From sequence record MH221129.1: 64,000 nt of DNA; one strand, given 5' to 3'. The notes beneath the pieces were generated by a model. That model searched no databases, had not been told where the DNA came from, and worked only from the letters and a program-made list of their open reading frames with translations. A program made the position numbers and the translations under genes. Below are positions 43,263-51,568 of this stretch, one piece after another (the stretch's first letter is position 1; each line of letters opens with the position of its first letter).

Positions 43263-43859
43263 TCATAATAAACGCAGGCTCTCGAGCCAAGCTTGACCTT
43301 CTAACGCGTGATGATAACAAGGTACCCCACACTGCTTGGCGTATTTCACACCCATCGCAGTACCGCCTGTTGGATTACCGTGTTTGTCCAAAGGAGCCGA
43401 ATAATAGACGGCATCCACCGGGTCGTCTAAGTTGTCGCCCATAATTATATTCAAATTGCGTCCGTGAAGGCCCCAGGCGAATTCCTTGAGGTTTTCTGGT
43501 GCAGGGTGAAGCTGACCTACGATCTCACGATAACGCTCGTCCTGGGGGATTACACGGAACTCTACGTTAGGGTGTTGTTTCTTAAGCCATAGCTTCTTGT
43601 CATCCGGCAAGTAACAAATGAACTCATCGTCCCATTCCACCTTCTTCCCGGTATCCTGGTCGTAGGTATTTGCCCATTGACGTGCAAACTGGAACTGAAG
43701 CATGTCAGGGCCTTTCCAGCAACTGCCAGAAGAATAACGAATCTTGTATCCTCTGGCATGAAGCGCATTAAACCCGCGCAACAACCGCATGTACATCTCG
43801 GACATCGTTTCTTGGTCGGTCTCACGAGAGCCGATTACTGCTACTTTGTAAGTTTTCAT
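43263..43859 (-). CDS. SLOG-superfamily (DprA/Smf-like Rossmann) protein
   Basis: Start MKTYKVAVIGSR at 43859 (GGAGG); SG.C..GPD, LHGRN, GGTAMGV. Confidence 0.7.
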   Translation of the reverse strand: MKTYKVAVIGSRETDQETMSEMYMRLLRGFNALHARGYKIRYSSGSCWKGPDMLQFQFARQWANTYDQDTGKKVEWDDEFICYLPDDKKLWLKKQHPNVEFRVIPQDERYREIVGQLHPAPENLKEFAWGLHGRNLNIIMGDNLDDPVDAVYYSAPLDKHGNPTGGTAMGVKYAKQCGVPCYHHALEGQAWLESLRLL

Positions 43860-43906
43860 GGCAGTCCTCCTATATACACTCGGGCAAACGCAAAAAATAA
43901 GAGAAA

Positions 43907-43924
43907 CCCTGCCCGAAGGCAGGG
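43907..43924 (-). terminator. Terminator, UUCG loop
   Basis: CCCTGCC-cgaa-GGCAGGG with A-tract on plus. Confidence 0.8.
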
Positions 43925-43926
43925 GG

Positions 43927-44544
43927 TTACACAAACTCGCGGTATTTGAAACCGCCAAGCCGGGTAACGACAGCTAACTCTTGCAATTTACGACCCCAGA
44001 AATCGCCCAGGTCATAATTCAAACCATCGAGCGTTTTCACCGTTAGGTCTTGACCGATGTTGTACGGGAGTACGATACGTGCACGTGGGCCGTAAACGAA
44101 AGATTCGCATTCATAGACCAGTATATAACGGTCAAGGGCAATGTCATACTCGACATGACACTGTGCAGGGTTCTCCCAGGCTTTAGAAATAACCATGCCT
44201 AAATCCGTACAGGTGTCCTCGAATGCTTTCATTGCCGGGGCAGACCAAACAGATAAGTCAGCCGGTTTACCTTTCGACAAATCAAACCAGCCAAGGTGTT
44301 TTTCTGGGATGGTAATGAAGTCTCCCAGATTCAGTTGATAGTAACGCACCTGGATAGCATCGCCTGGTACGTTACGGTTGGTTAACGTCACCGTAACCCG
44401 ACCGTCTGCTTCGGGTGGCGTTAAGCTGCCAACGATAATGTCGCTCGTACTAAGCGGTGTGAAAATCGTGTCGCTATTACAAGCGTAAACCAAGTCAAGC
44501 AACGTTTGACTATGGTGATGTGTGAAATCAATAACAAAAGACAT
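43927..44544 (-). CDS. Isolated YDR-family structural paralog
   Basis: TLLDLVY, VRYYQLNLGDF, TVKTLDGLNY, LGGFKY. Confidence 0.55.
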   Translation of the reverse strand: MSFVIDFTHHHSQTLLDLVYACNSDTIFTPLSTSDIIVGSLTPPEADGRVTVTLTNRNVPGDAIQVRYYQLNLGDFITIPEKHLGWFDLSKGKPADLSVWSAPAMKAFEDTCTDLGMVISKAWENPAQCHVEYDIALDRYILVYECESFVYGPRARIVLPYNIGQDLTVKTLDGLNYDLGDFWGRKLQELAVVTRLGGFKYREFV

Positions 44545-44597
44545 GCTGTTCCCCTACTGCCGCGATGGCTACATAAGATTTCACAAAAAATAAAGGA

Positions 44598-44617
44598 GTA
44601 GGGGCCAAAGCCCCTAC
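44598..44617 (-). terminator. Terminator, 8-bp stem
   Basis: GTAGGGGC-caaa-GCCCCTAC with A-tract on plus. Confidence 0.75.
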
Positions 44618-44625
44618 GCTGTGTA

Positions 44626-45021
44626 TCAGTAGTCGTATAAAGGATACCGTGCCGCAATATCCTTTCCCACCCAGAAAGTTAACACCTGGGTATTGGCACT
44701 TCTACGTGTAGGGTTTGTTGATTCAATCGTTACTACCGTGTGTTGCGCACAACTCCCAGCATCGATTAACTGGTACGTTTTGCGTTTGGTATTAACTAAA
44801 TAGAAACCCCCTGCCGGACACAAATCCGACTGACCATAATTCACTACGGTAAAATCCCCTTTCTGCAAGGCTACACGAGGTTTGTCCTCGGAGTCGAACA
44901 CGACGGGTTTGTCTGTTGGCACCGTTGGACTATAATGTTGAATGTCCTCAGGTGAAAACGCCAACGCTTGATTGCCTACCGCGACGAAGGCCAAAAACAC
45001 AGCTAATACAGCACGCATCAT
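44626..45021 (-). CDS. Exported protein with signal peptide and Cys pair
   Basis: MMRAVLAVFLAFVAVGNQALA; GAGGA RBS. Confidence 0.7.
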   Translation of the reverse strand: MMRAVLAVFLAFVAVGNQALAFSPEDIQHYSPTVPTDKPVVFDSEDKPRVALQKGDFTVVNYGQSDLCPAGGFYLVNTKRKTYQLIDAGSCAQHTVVTIESTNPTRRSANTQVLTFWVGKDIAARYPLYDY

Positions 45022-45023
45022 AT

Positions 45024-45500
45024 CTAATCCTCTTCCAAGTAGGGACGAAGCCAGTCCATGTGCTCTAGACGATGAATCATATTGCGTGTATTGGGTGACC
45101 AACGTAGAGCATCATGGTACTGTTTTTTGAAGTGATGCCAGTGATAAGAGAAAGGTTTAGTCGGATAGCCTGCCTCCTTCAGGATTTCCTCCCACTCCAA
45201 CTTCTTGATGAGGTGTTCTTCAACAACCACCTCAACCAACGCTTTCCATGCACTCCGACGAAAGTGCCGGGACAACCGATATTTTAAATCAGCGAAACTT
45301 TTTCTTTTACTGGTCCGTATCGCGGGTGTAGTCTTATCTTTATAATTGGAACATCTACTGTGGTGAAGTATCTTCACAGGCTGGCCCCGTAAAGTGCCTG
45401 CTTCCAAATCCAGTTCATTTACGGGGACCAACTCAACACAGCGGAGGACGTTCGCATGGAGATCATCCACGGTTCGTGTTTCGTAAGCAACACGTATCAT
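45024..45500 (-). CDS. Hypothetical protein (158 aa)
   Basis: ORF track. Confidence 0.65.
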   Translation of the reverse strand: MIRVAYETRTVDDLHANVLRCVELVPVNELDLEAGTLRGQPVKILHHSRCSNYKDKTTPAIRTSKRKSFADLKYRLSRHFRRSAWKALVEVVVEEHLIKKLEWEEILKEAGYPTKPFSYHWHHFKKQYHDALRWSPNTRNMIHRLEHMDWLRPYLEED

Positions 45501-45517
45501 TATTCTCTCACTCGCTG

Positions 45518-46006
45518 CTAGATTACCTTACCTTCTGCCATCGAGAGAAAAATGGGAACGTTATCCACAAAGGTATTTAAATCCACTTCTTCCGATGGCG
45601 TGTGTGACGAAGTTACTGAATGGTTCGTCATACGAAAATACTTTCGGGAGTCATCTGCAATGTACCAGCGTTCAATCTGGAAGCCTTGTTGGTGAAAGAA
45701 ACAAATTGCCGCTACGTTTGAAGGGTGAACACGACACTGGATACGACGTCGGTCAGAGTGCTGTTCCAGGTAGCGTAAAAGGTACTTTCCTACACCCCCG
45801 CGACGGGAATCTTTCTGCACAACCATGTAGATAAGATTGCCCGGTTCCCACACCATCACCCCACGGGCAATATCGTCTTCAACCGCCAGCGTAACCTTTA
45901 CAGGTTCTTCACGAATGCTGTTCAGGTCTTTAATCCATGCCGCAAGCCCCGGATAGTTGGCTTCGGAAATCTTATCATTCGAGACATTAATTACGAGCAT
46001 CTTCAC
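45518..46006 (-). CDS. GNAT acetyltransferase
   Basis: VVQKDSRRGGVGKYLL, SNVAAICFFHQQGF. Confidence 0.85.
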   Translation of the reverse strand: MKMLVINVSNDKISEANYPGLAAWIKDLNSIREEPVKVTLAVEDDIARGVMVWEPGNLIYMVVQKDSRRGGVGKYLLRYLEQHSDRRRIQCRVHPSNVAAICFFHQQGFQIERWYIADDSRKYFRMTNHSVTSSHTPSEEVDLNTFVDNVPIFLSMAEGKVI

Positions 46007-46640
46007 ACTCCATCAACATTTTCTTAAAACCTGCCCATGACTCAGGACGGGTAAGCAATTTGGTCAGGGGCGTGGTGTTCAGTTTGTCGCGCGGTAATCC
46101 CGTTTTCTTTACTAACAGGTTCACGTAACTGCCCACACTCATTTCCTGCCAATCTACCGTTGGTCTTAGCCAGCGGATTTGCAACCAACGTCCTAACGAT
46201 ACCTCGCGTTTACCACGGGGCATAACAACAGTCAGGGTATAACCATGATCGAATATCCGGGGTGGATGTCCAGGTTCCCACGGAACGTCTATTCGTAACG
46301 CGCCTAACATCAAACTTGAATCAAAAAGAAGACTTTCGATTACATCGTCTATCTTGGCTCGTAGCTTAGCAATCTCGCCGGTCAGCGTTTCCGGATTTAC
46401 TCGTTGTTGTTTAATGATGGCAACCAATCGCCACGCAAACTGACCTTCAACATACGGTGCCTGCAAGGTCCCTTTAAATGGGGTAACGTAATATTCGCGC
46501 CACAGCAGTTCTTCGATTGCTGAAAGAAGCAGACGCTCACGGTCTGCATCCGTGAACTTTACTGTGGATAAGTTGGAGACGGCACCCAACAACCTGCTCA
46601 ACGGTAATAACAGCGTCCGTTGGCGAAAATCGATATTCAT
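45987..46640 (-). CDS. Hypothetical protein (217 aa)
   Basis: ORF track. Confidence 0.7.
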   Translation of the reverse strand: MNIDFRQRTLLLPLSRLLGAVSNLSTVKFTDADRERLLLSAIEELLWREYYVTPFKGTLQAPYVEGQFAWRLVAIIKQQRVNPETLTGEIAKLRAKIDDVIESLLFDSSLMLGALRIDVPWEPGHPPRIFDHGYTLTVVMPRGKREVSLGRWLQIRWLRPTVDWQEMSVGSYVNLLVKKTGLPRDKLNTTPLTKLLTRPESWAGFKKMLMECEDARN

Positions 46641-46704
46641 TTCTTATTCCTTCTGGGTACGTGTTTTTTCACAGTAAGATACGTAGACGTAATAAAAAAA
46701 GAAG

Positions 46705-46730
46705 CCTCTTCTCCTTTACGGGAGAAGAGG
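46705..46730 (-). terminator. Terminator, 10-bp stem
   Basis: CCTCTTCTCC...GGAGAAGAGG with A-tract on plus. Confidence 0.8.
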
Positions 46731-46736
46731 TCTTGT

Positions 46737-47312
46737 TTACTTTTTCGAACTCGTGGTAGTGCCGTTTTTGTCCGCGCCTTTGTTAAGCTTGTACTCCAAC
46801 ACTTTGGCACCAATCGCCATTGAGTTGTAAGCCAGCGTCTTAATCGGCCAGGTCACGAATACTGCCTGTGCCATCAAAGGTAAGAGTGCCACGATGAGCA
46901 CGTCCGTGATATCTCGTGGATAGTGGACGTGGGTATCCCATGCCATCGCTGCCGTAACAAGCACAGTGGTCAACACCAGTAAGACAATCAGCGTTCGTTG
47001 ACCGGCTTTCAGATTCGGCCATAACGTCAGCAGTGTCTCTTTGGCGATTTTCTCATCCATGCCTTCTACAGCAGCGGTTGCCTGTGCTTCAAAGCCCTTC
47101 GCCATGGTTCCAATGTGTTCAAGAATCATAGGACGCAAAGAGTTCAGAATCACGTTCGCGGGTTGAGTGACGTCAATTTCAACGCCCGCCCCCAGCGCGG
47201 TTTCAGCTGCGGTTTTGAGTCGATTGCTCTCTTCCAGGCTTAAGTTGTTGGTGCCCGCCTGGATAAGAACATCCAACACATCCGTCGAGGCCTCTTGCAA
47301 AGACTGCGACAT
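46737..47312 (-). CDS. Membrane protein, two TM helices near the C-terminus
   Basis: LIVLLVLTTVLVTAAMAW and VLIVALLPLMAQAVFV. Confidence 0.7.
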   Translation of the reverse strand: MSQSLQEASTDVLDVLIQAGTNNLSLEESNRLKTAAETALGAGVEIDVTQPANVILNSLRPMILEHIGTMAKGFEAQATAAVEGMDEKIAKETLLTLWPNLKAGQRTLIVLLVLTTVLVTAAMAWDTHVHYPRDITDVLIVALLPLMAQAVFVTWPIKTLAYNSMAIGAKVLEYKLNKGADKNGTTTSSKK

Positions 47313-47314
47313 CG

Positions 47315-47959
47315 CTATTTCCTCCGTCTATTCCCTTTCCGCTTTTTGGCTTTTGGTGCTTTCACCTTGGGCGGGAGAAGACTGTTTAGGTTTAATAAGT
47401 TGACCCTGACGAAGATATTACCTACCGCCACGGCGTCAATGCTGTGTTCATCCAGCGTCGACAAATCGCAGCGGGTATGGTCGGCATAGAGCTGCATCAC
47501 CGCACGTTGCATGTGCGACTTATCAGTTCCCTTGGCCTCCACCCCTACGTACGATTTCACAATAATAGGATTAAACCCATGGAGAGATTTTTCAGGATAA
47601 ACATCCCATAGCGTGCGACGCAGCATCAGCTGCAATTCCACTCCAGATTCGTACGCCGATAGTTTAGCCCGGCGCATGAACGGCGTTTCGGTAGCAATAA
47701 AGGTTGGGCACGAAAGTTGTAAAAACTCTCTGAACTGTTCTTCTAATTGTACCAAACGCGCGTCGCGTTTTCCCACACACTCGCCAAAGGCGTTGTTGTG
47801 TGTGGGGTCTGCAACGTGAGCCGTTCCTGCCCAAACAACTTCGGCCTGCGGTTGACCGTACTCCCAATCCAGTACCGCCATCCCAAGATGTGATGTACCG
47901 GGGTCGACCGCTGCAATACGAACCATTTTGTCGGGTATTCTCGGCTCAGGGATAAGCAT
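47315..47959 (-). CDS. ruvC: RuvC-like Holliday junction resolvase
   Basis: AAVDPGTSHLG, ATETPF, VKSYVG..GTDK, HSIDAVAVG acidic catalytic pattern. Confidence 0.85.
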   Translation of the reverse strand: MLIPEPRIPDKMVRIAAVDPGTSHLGMAVLDWEYGQPQAEVVWAGTAHVADPTHNNAFGECVGKRDARLVQLEEQFREFLQLSCPTFIATETPFMRRAKLSAYESGVELQLMLRRTLWDVYPEKSLHGFNPIIVKSYVGVEAKGTDKSHMQRAVMQLYADHTRCDLSTLDEHSIDAVAVGNIFVRVNLLNLNSLLPPKVKAPKAKKRKGNRRRK

Positions 47960-48846
47960 TAATTGCCCATCCCTAAGAAGAATGGTGCTGGCTGACCAAC
48001 ACGAATTGTCAGCGACAAACGATCGTTGGTTTGTGCCAGGTTCGTAAACAGGGAGATGAAGTACAGCGCTTGTGCACCGATAACCTCATCATAACTGAAC
48101 TGGGAGCCTGTAGCGGACTCACCGGTATTCGGAGTGTCCACGCCTGACGCCAATGCAATTTCAGAAATGATGGAGCTACGTGGCGTACCACGAAGAATGC
48201 TGGTCACGTTCATGTATTCTTGAACATCAAACTCTGTCCAAGGAATCACCAGGTCCGCACCAGACTCAACGTAACGCCCGTCTGGAATTTCTACGGTGCC
48301 ATCGTCGTCGTAGTCATAATCCGGCAGCTCTTTCGGTACCGGGTTAAGTTCGGTGTCGGTGTAGACGAAGTCTTTCACGGTTTCGACACCGTTCTCACGA
48401 GTGATATCCAGGTCGGTCGTTTTCACCGCGCGGATATCAACACGTTTCAGGTAATACGCCCAGTAATCGCGCCCGTTAATGGTTTCACGAACACGAAACG
48501 CGTATTGCTTACGCTGTTCATCAGACAAGTCGTTGTCCAGCGTACGCAGAATCAATGGGACGCGTGAAAACATCCCAGAAGCAATCGGGGACTTCGCTAC
48601 GGGCACAACGTCGGCAACGACGTCAGACTGGTCAACGATGTGGCCGCGATTACCCACACACATGTACCCCAAATGCGGACGGGTTGCACCGTCGGGCAGT
48701 TTGTTCGTCATGATTTTGTAGAACTCGTTCAGAGTCGACTTCTGCGGATACTGAACGTCACAGCCCATCAGCAATGCGGTCGTTAAACGCATCGCATTAA
48801 GAGTTACCGTGGACAGTTTACCGTCGTAAACTTTGGTGTTAGCCAT
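47959..48846 (-). CDS. Conserved phiKZ-like virion structural protein (295 aa)
   Basis: STLNE, GNRGH, PLILR.L.NDL, AYYLK, IISEIALASG motifs; position next to the baseplate/portal block. Confidence 0.65.
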   Translation of the reverse strand: MANTKVYDGKLSTVTLNAMRLTTALLMGCDVQYPQKSTLNEFYKIMTNKLPDGATRPHLGYMCVGNRGHIVDQSDVVADVVPVAKSPIASGMFSRVPLILRTLDNDLSDEQRKQYAFRVRETINGRDYWAYYLKRVDIRAVKTTDLDITRENGVETVKDFVYTDTELNPVPKELPDYDYDDDGTVEIPDGRYVESGADLVIPWTEFDVQEYMNVTSILRGTPRSSIISEIALASGVDTPNTGESATGSQFSYDEVIGAQALYFISLFTNLAQTNDRLSLTIRVGQPAPFFLGMGN

Positions 48847-49366
48847 TTAAAAATTCTCCTGGGCGAAACCCGTCGAGTGCCCGTTTGGTTACCAGCTGTG
48901 CCAGCTTACGGGGTGTTGGGTCAACAAAAGTAATCGCAATGGTGCCTTTGAAAGAAAGGTGGTGCGGGATTAAGCGCGCCTCATACGATTCCATTTCTGG
49001 TGTGATGGGCTCAACCATGACATCGTACGTATCCAACTGGAGCCCCAAGTCTTCCGTAATGAACGGAACTAACTCGTGGCTCCACTCGGCAGCGCCTTTC
49101 GGGACTTCAACAGTCACCCCTTTCAGCAGCTTATTTAAATCCGCACGGGTAAGATAAAATTCTTGATGCCCGTAGACACCGTTGACAAAGCGCGCGGAGA
49201 CTTTCGACTCCACCCCTTTCTTACGAATTTCATCCAGCGTTAACGGCCAAACCCCACGCTCGTTAAATTCGTAATTATCCTCACTATAGGATAACTTGAA
49301 AACGTAGTTGATTCTCTCAACTAGTATCTGCTTTGGGGTTTTCGATAAATCTATACGGTATCCCAT
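48839..49366 (-). CDS. Virion structural protein, YDR-related
   Basis: ILVERIN, LTRADLNKLL, LVTKRALDGF. Confidence 0.6.
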   Translation of the reverse strand: MGYRIDLSKTPKQILVERINYVFKLSYSEDNYEFNERGVWPLTLDEIRKKGVESKVSARFVNGVYGHQEFYLTRADLNKLLKGVTVEVPKGAAEWSHELVPFITEDLGLQLDTYDVMVEPITPEMESYEARLIPHHLSFKGTIAITFVDPTPRKLAQLVTKRALDGFRPGEFLNG

Positions 49367-49373
49367 AGGGCTC

Positions 49374-51557
49374 TCACTTTGGTAATTGGTCTAGCCTGAA
49401 ACCGTCAAGGTCGCGTTCAATAACCTTTTCGGCCAGCGTCCATTCATCACCTGACATCGACACCTTAACAATGTCAAGAGTCGGCTGAGTAATATCGACC
49501 ACCACCTCTTGTGTGACTTTCACGCGAATCGCCGGATAAATATTCATCCGCAGTTTGATTCGTTGTGGAATTGCCAACTCCTTAATCACCGGGGCAACCG
49601 GTATTGGCTTGTCAGTGGTCATGGCCATATTGCGGCTCACGCGCTGGATACCGGTCAGCGGCTCGATGATGTGCATCGTGTCATCCGCTGCCGCAGCAAT
49701 GTCATCCAACATCGGAATAACCGGGTCGGTAACATCATACATTTCCGAACCCATACGGGCAGCAAAGTGTACGGTGTACGACGACAGCTTCGTCATCAGC
49801 CGCACCATCGCTCGCTGGATTTCAGCTTGTGAGACAGACGCACGGGTTTCCAGATTGGTTGCCACGTTTAATGCGTCAGTGGCGATATCCTGCCAAGTTT
49901 CCGCAGAGACCAGCTCGTAATCAAAACCAAAGGTCTTAAAGAACTCGTCGTAGTTGCGGTATGGCAGTTTTAAATCGCACTTATAATCGCGGTAATGGTA
50001 CGCAAACAGTTGTACCCCCGCCGCACGGTCAGTCAACTTGTGACGGTTGTGCGTATAACGATAACGACGACGCTTCTGGGTCATGATCGTGTCGGCCATG
50101 TCGTACAGCTCGTCCGCTGATAACAGGTTGCCAACAATTTCGTAATGCGTGTCGGTGTAGTAGTTAATCAACGCATCAAAGCGATGAGGATAAGACGGCA
50201 CCAGGTGCTGTTCCATTTCATCAAAGCTCACCCAGCGTTTGATTAACACACCAAACACGTTCCAGACAGGGATGTCGTCGAGCGCTACATCCGAGTACCC
50301 TTTGAATCCCGCGTACAAGAACAGCGCCATCAGCTCTTTAGATGTAAGCTTGAGCGTGTCGCCATTCGTCGGGTTAAGGATTTCGTGATAGATGTTGTAG
50401 TTGCCACGGGCGACTACGTGCATCCATTCATTGAAGAGACCGTGCATGTATTCCCAGCGTTCGATGGCTTCTGGGTCAACTGCAGTAACCTCAATGAGTT
50501 TCGTTGAGAGGTTGGGATACTGGGTCAAACTCAACCGGCGATCAAGGTCTTCCTGATACTCCGGCTCGTGAACCGGGTTATTATACGCCAGGTTCACTTC
50601 CTTTTGAATGATGTCTGTTGTCGTTACGATGTCCAAATCCCGACCAGAATCCCGTTCAGTGTAGTTGAGCGAGGACTGGTACCCGATAGGTAACGGGGTC
50701 AAGTCGTCGTCACTACCCGTCGATGGGTCATGAATCTGTTGTCCTACGACGTAGCTGACTGCTGGCATACCCCAACCGGTCAGCAACGTATCAATCATCC
50801 ACGTAAAGATTTCTTCTTTACCTGAGTTACGCTCCCAGTAGCGAATGTTGCGGTACAGCGTGAACTTCTGGGATTGCGTCAGGTACGGCATGAACTCGTG
50901 CAACTCCTGGTGCGAAGCCAGGAACTCTGTCACGTAGTACGAATGCGTTTCTGTCGTAAACTGTAGACGTTTGCGAATATACATGATTGCACCGGGTAAT
51001 ACCGGGTACACTTGCATGTAGAAAGCCAGTACAAAGCAATCGTTATGTACTTTCCATCCATCCGCCATAAAGCGAACGTGTATCGCTCGAATAAAGTTCT
51101 CCAACTGAGAGATAAGCGAGGTTTCTTGCGATTCAACTAACGAGGGATCGTAATAGAGGATAGAGCAATCGTCCACACGGAGAGCGTACGCCATGTCCAC
51201 CGGATTAAATGTCCCACGAATGTATACCGCGTAGTCCGGGTAATCGGCGATCAGGTCGTCGATATATTCCGGGTTGGATCGGTATACGTTTGAGGTCTTT
51301 TTATGACGGGAGAGGTTCTGCGTCGTTAACTCTATCTGCTCTTGCGTGTCGAGTGACGTAATGTAAATCGGTTTATCGATAGCATGACGTCTACCTGCTA
51401 AGTGTAGGTAATACCGCCACGTCTCACGGTTATCGGAAACGTAACCGCCGTTTTTGGTTATTCCCAGGTTCATCTGCTGGGCAATAGACTCTGATTTGAT
51501 AATCAAAGACTTCGCCAGCGTAATTGCCTGGTCACGAAAAATGTTAAATCTCTGCAT
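49374..51557 (-). CDS. Large conserved virion/baseplate protein
   Basis: TWRYYLHLAG, LYRNIRY, ends ERDLDGF like the paralog family; start moved to MQRFNIF at 51557. Confidence 0.65.
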   Translation of the reverse strand: MQRFNIFRDQAITLAKSLIIKSESIAQQMNLGITKNGGYVSDNRETWRYYLHLAGRRHAIDKPIYITSLDTQEQIELTTQNLSRHKKTSNVYRSNPEYIDDLIADYPDYAVYIRGTFNPVDMAYALRVDDCSILYYDPSLVESQETSLISQLENFIRAIHVRFMADGWKVHNDCFVLAFYMQVYPVLPGAIMYIRKRLQFTTETHSYYVTEFLASHQELHEFMPYLTQSQKFTLYRNIRYWERNSGKEEIFTWMIDTLLTGWGMPAVSYVVGQQIHDPSTGSDDDLTPLPIGYQSSLNYTERDSGRDLDIVTTTDIIQKEVNLAYNNPVHEPEYQEDLDRRLSLTQYPNLSTKLIEVTAVDPEAIERWEYMHGLFNEWMHVVARGNYNIYHEILNPTNGDTLKLTSKELMALFLYAGFKGYSDVALDDIPVWNVFGVLIKRWVSFDEMEQHLVPSYPHRFDALINYYTDTHYEIVGNLLSADELYDMADTIMTQKRRRYRYTHNRHKLTDRAAGVQLFAYHYRDYKCDLKLPYRNYDEFFKTFGFDYELVSAETWQDIATDALNVATNLETRASVSQAEIQRAMVRLMTKLSSYTVHFAARMGSEMYDVTDPVIPMLDDIAAAADDTMHIIEPLTGIQRVSRNMAMTTDKPIPVAPVIKELAIPQRIKLRMNIYPAIRVKVTQEVVVDITQPTLDIVKVSMSGDEWTLAEKVIERDLDGFRLDQLPK

Positions 51558-51568
51558 CGGAGACCCCA

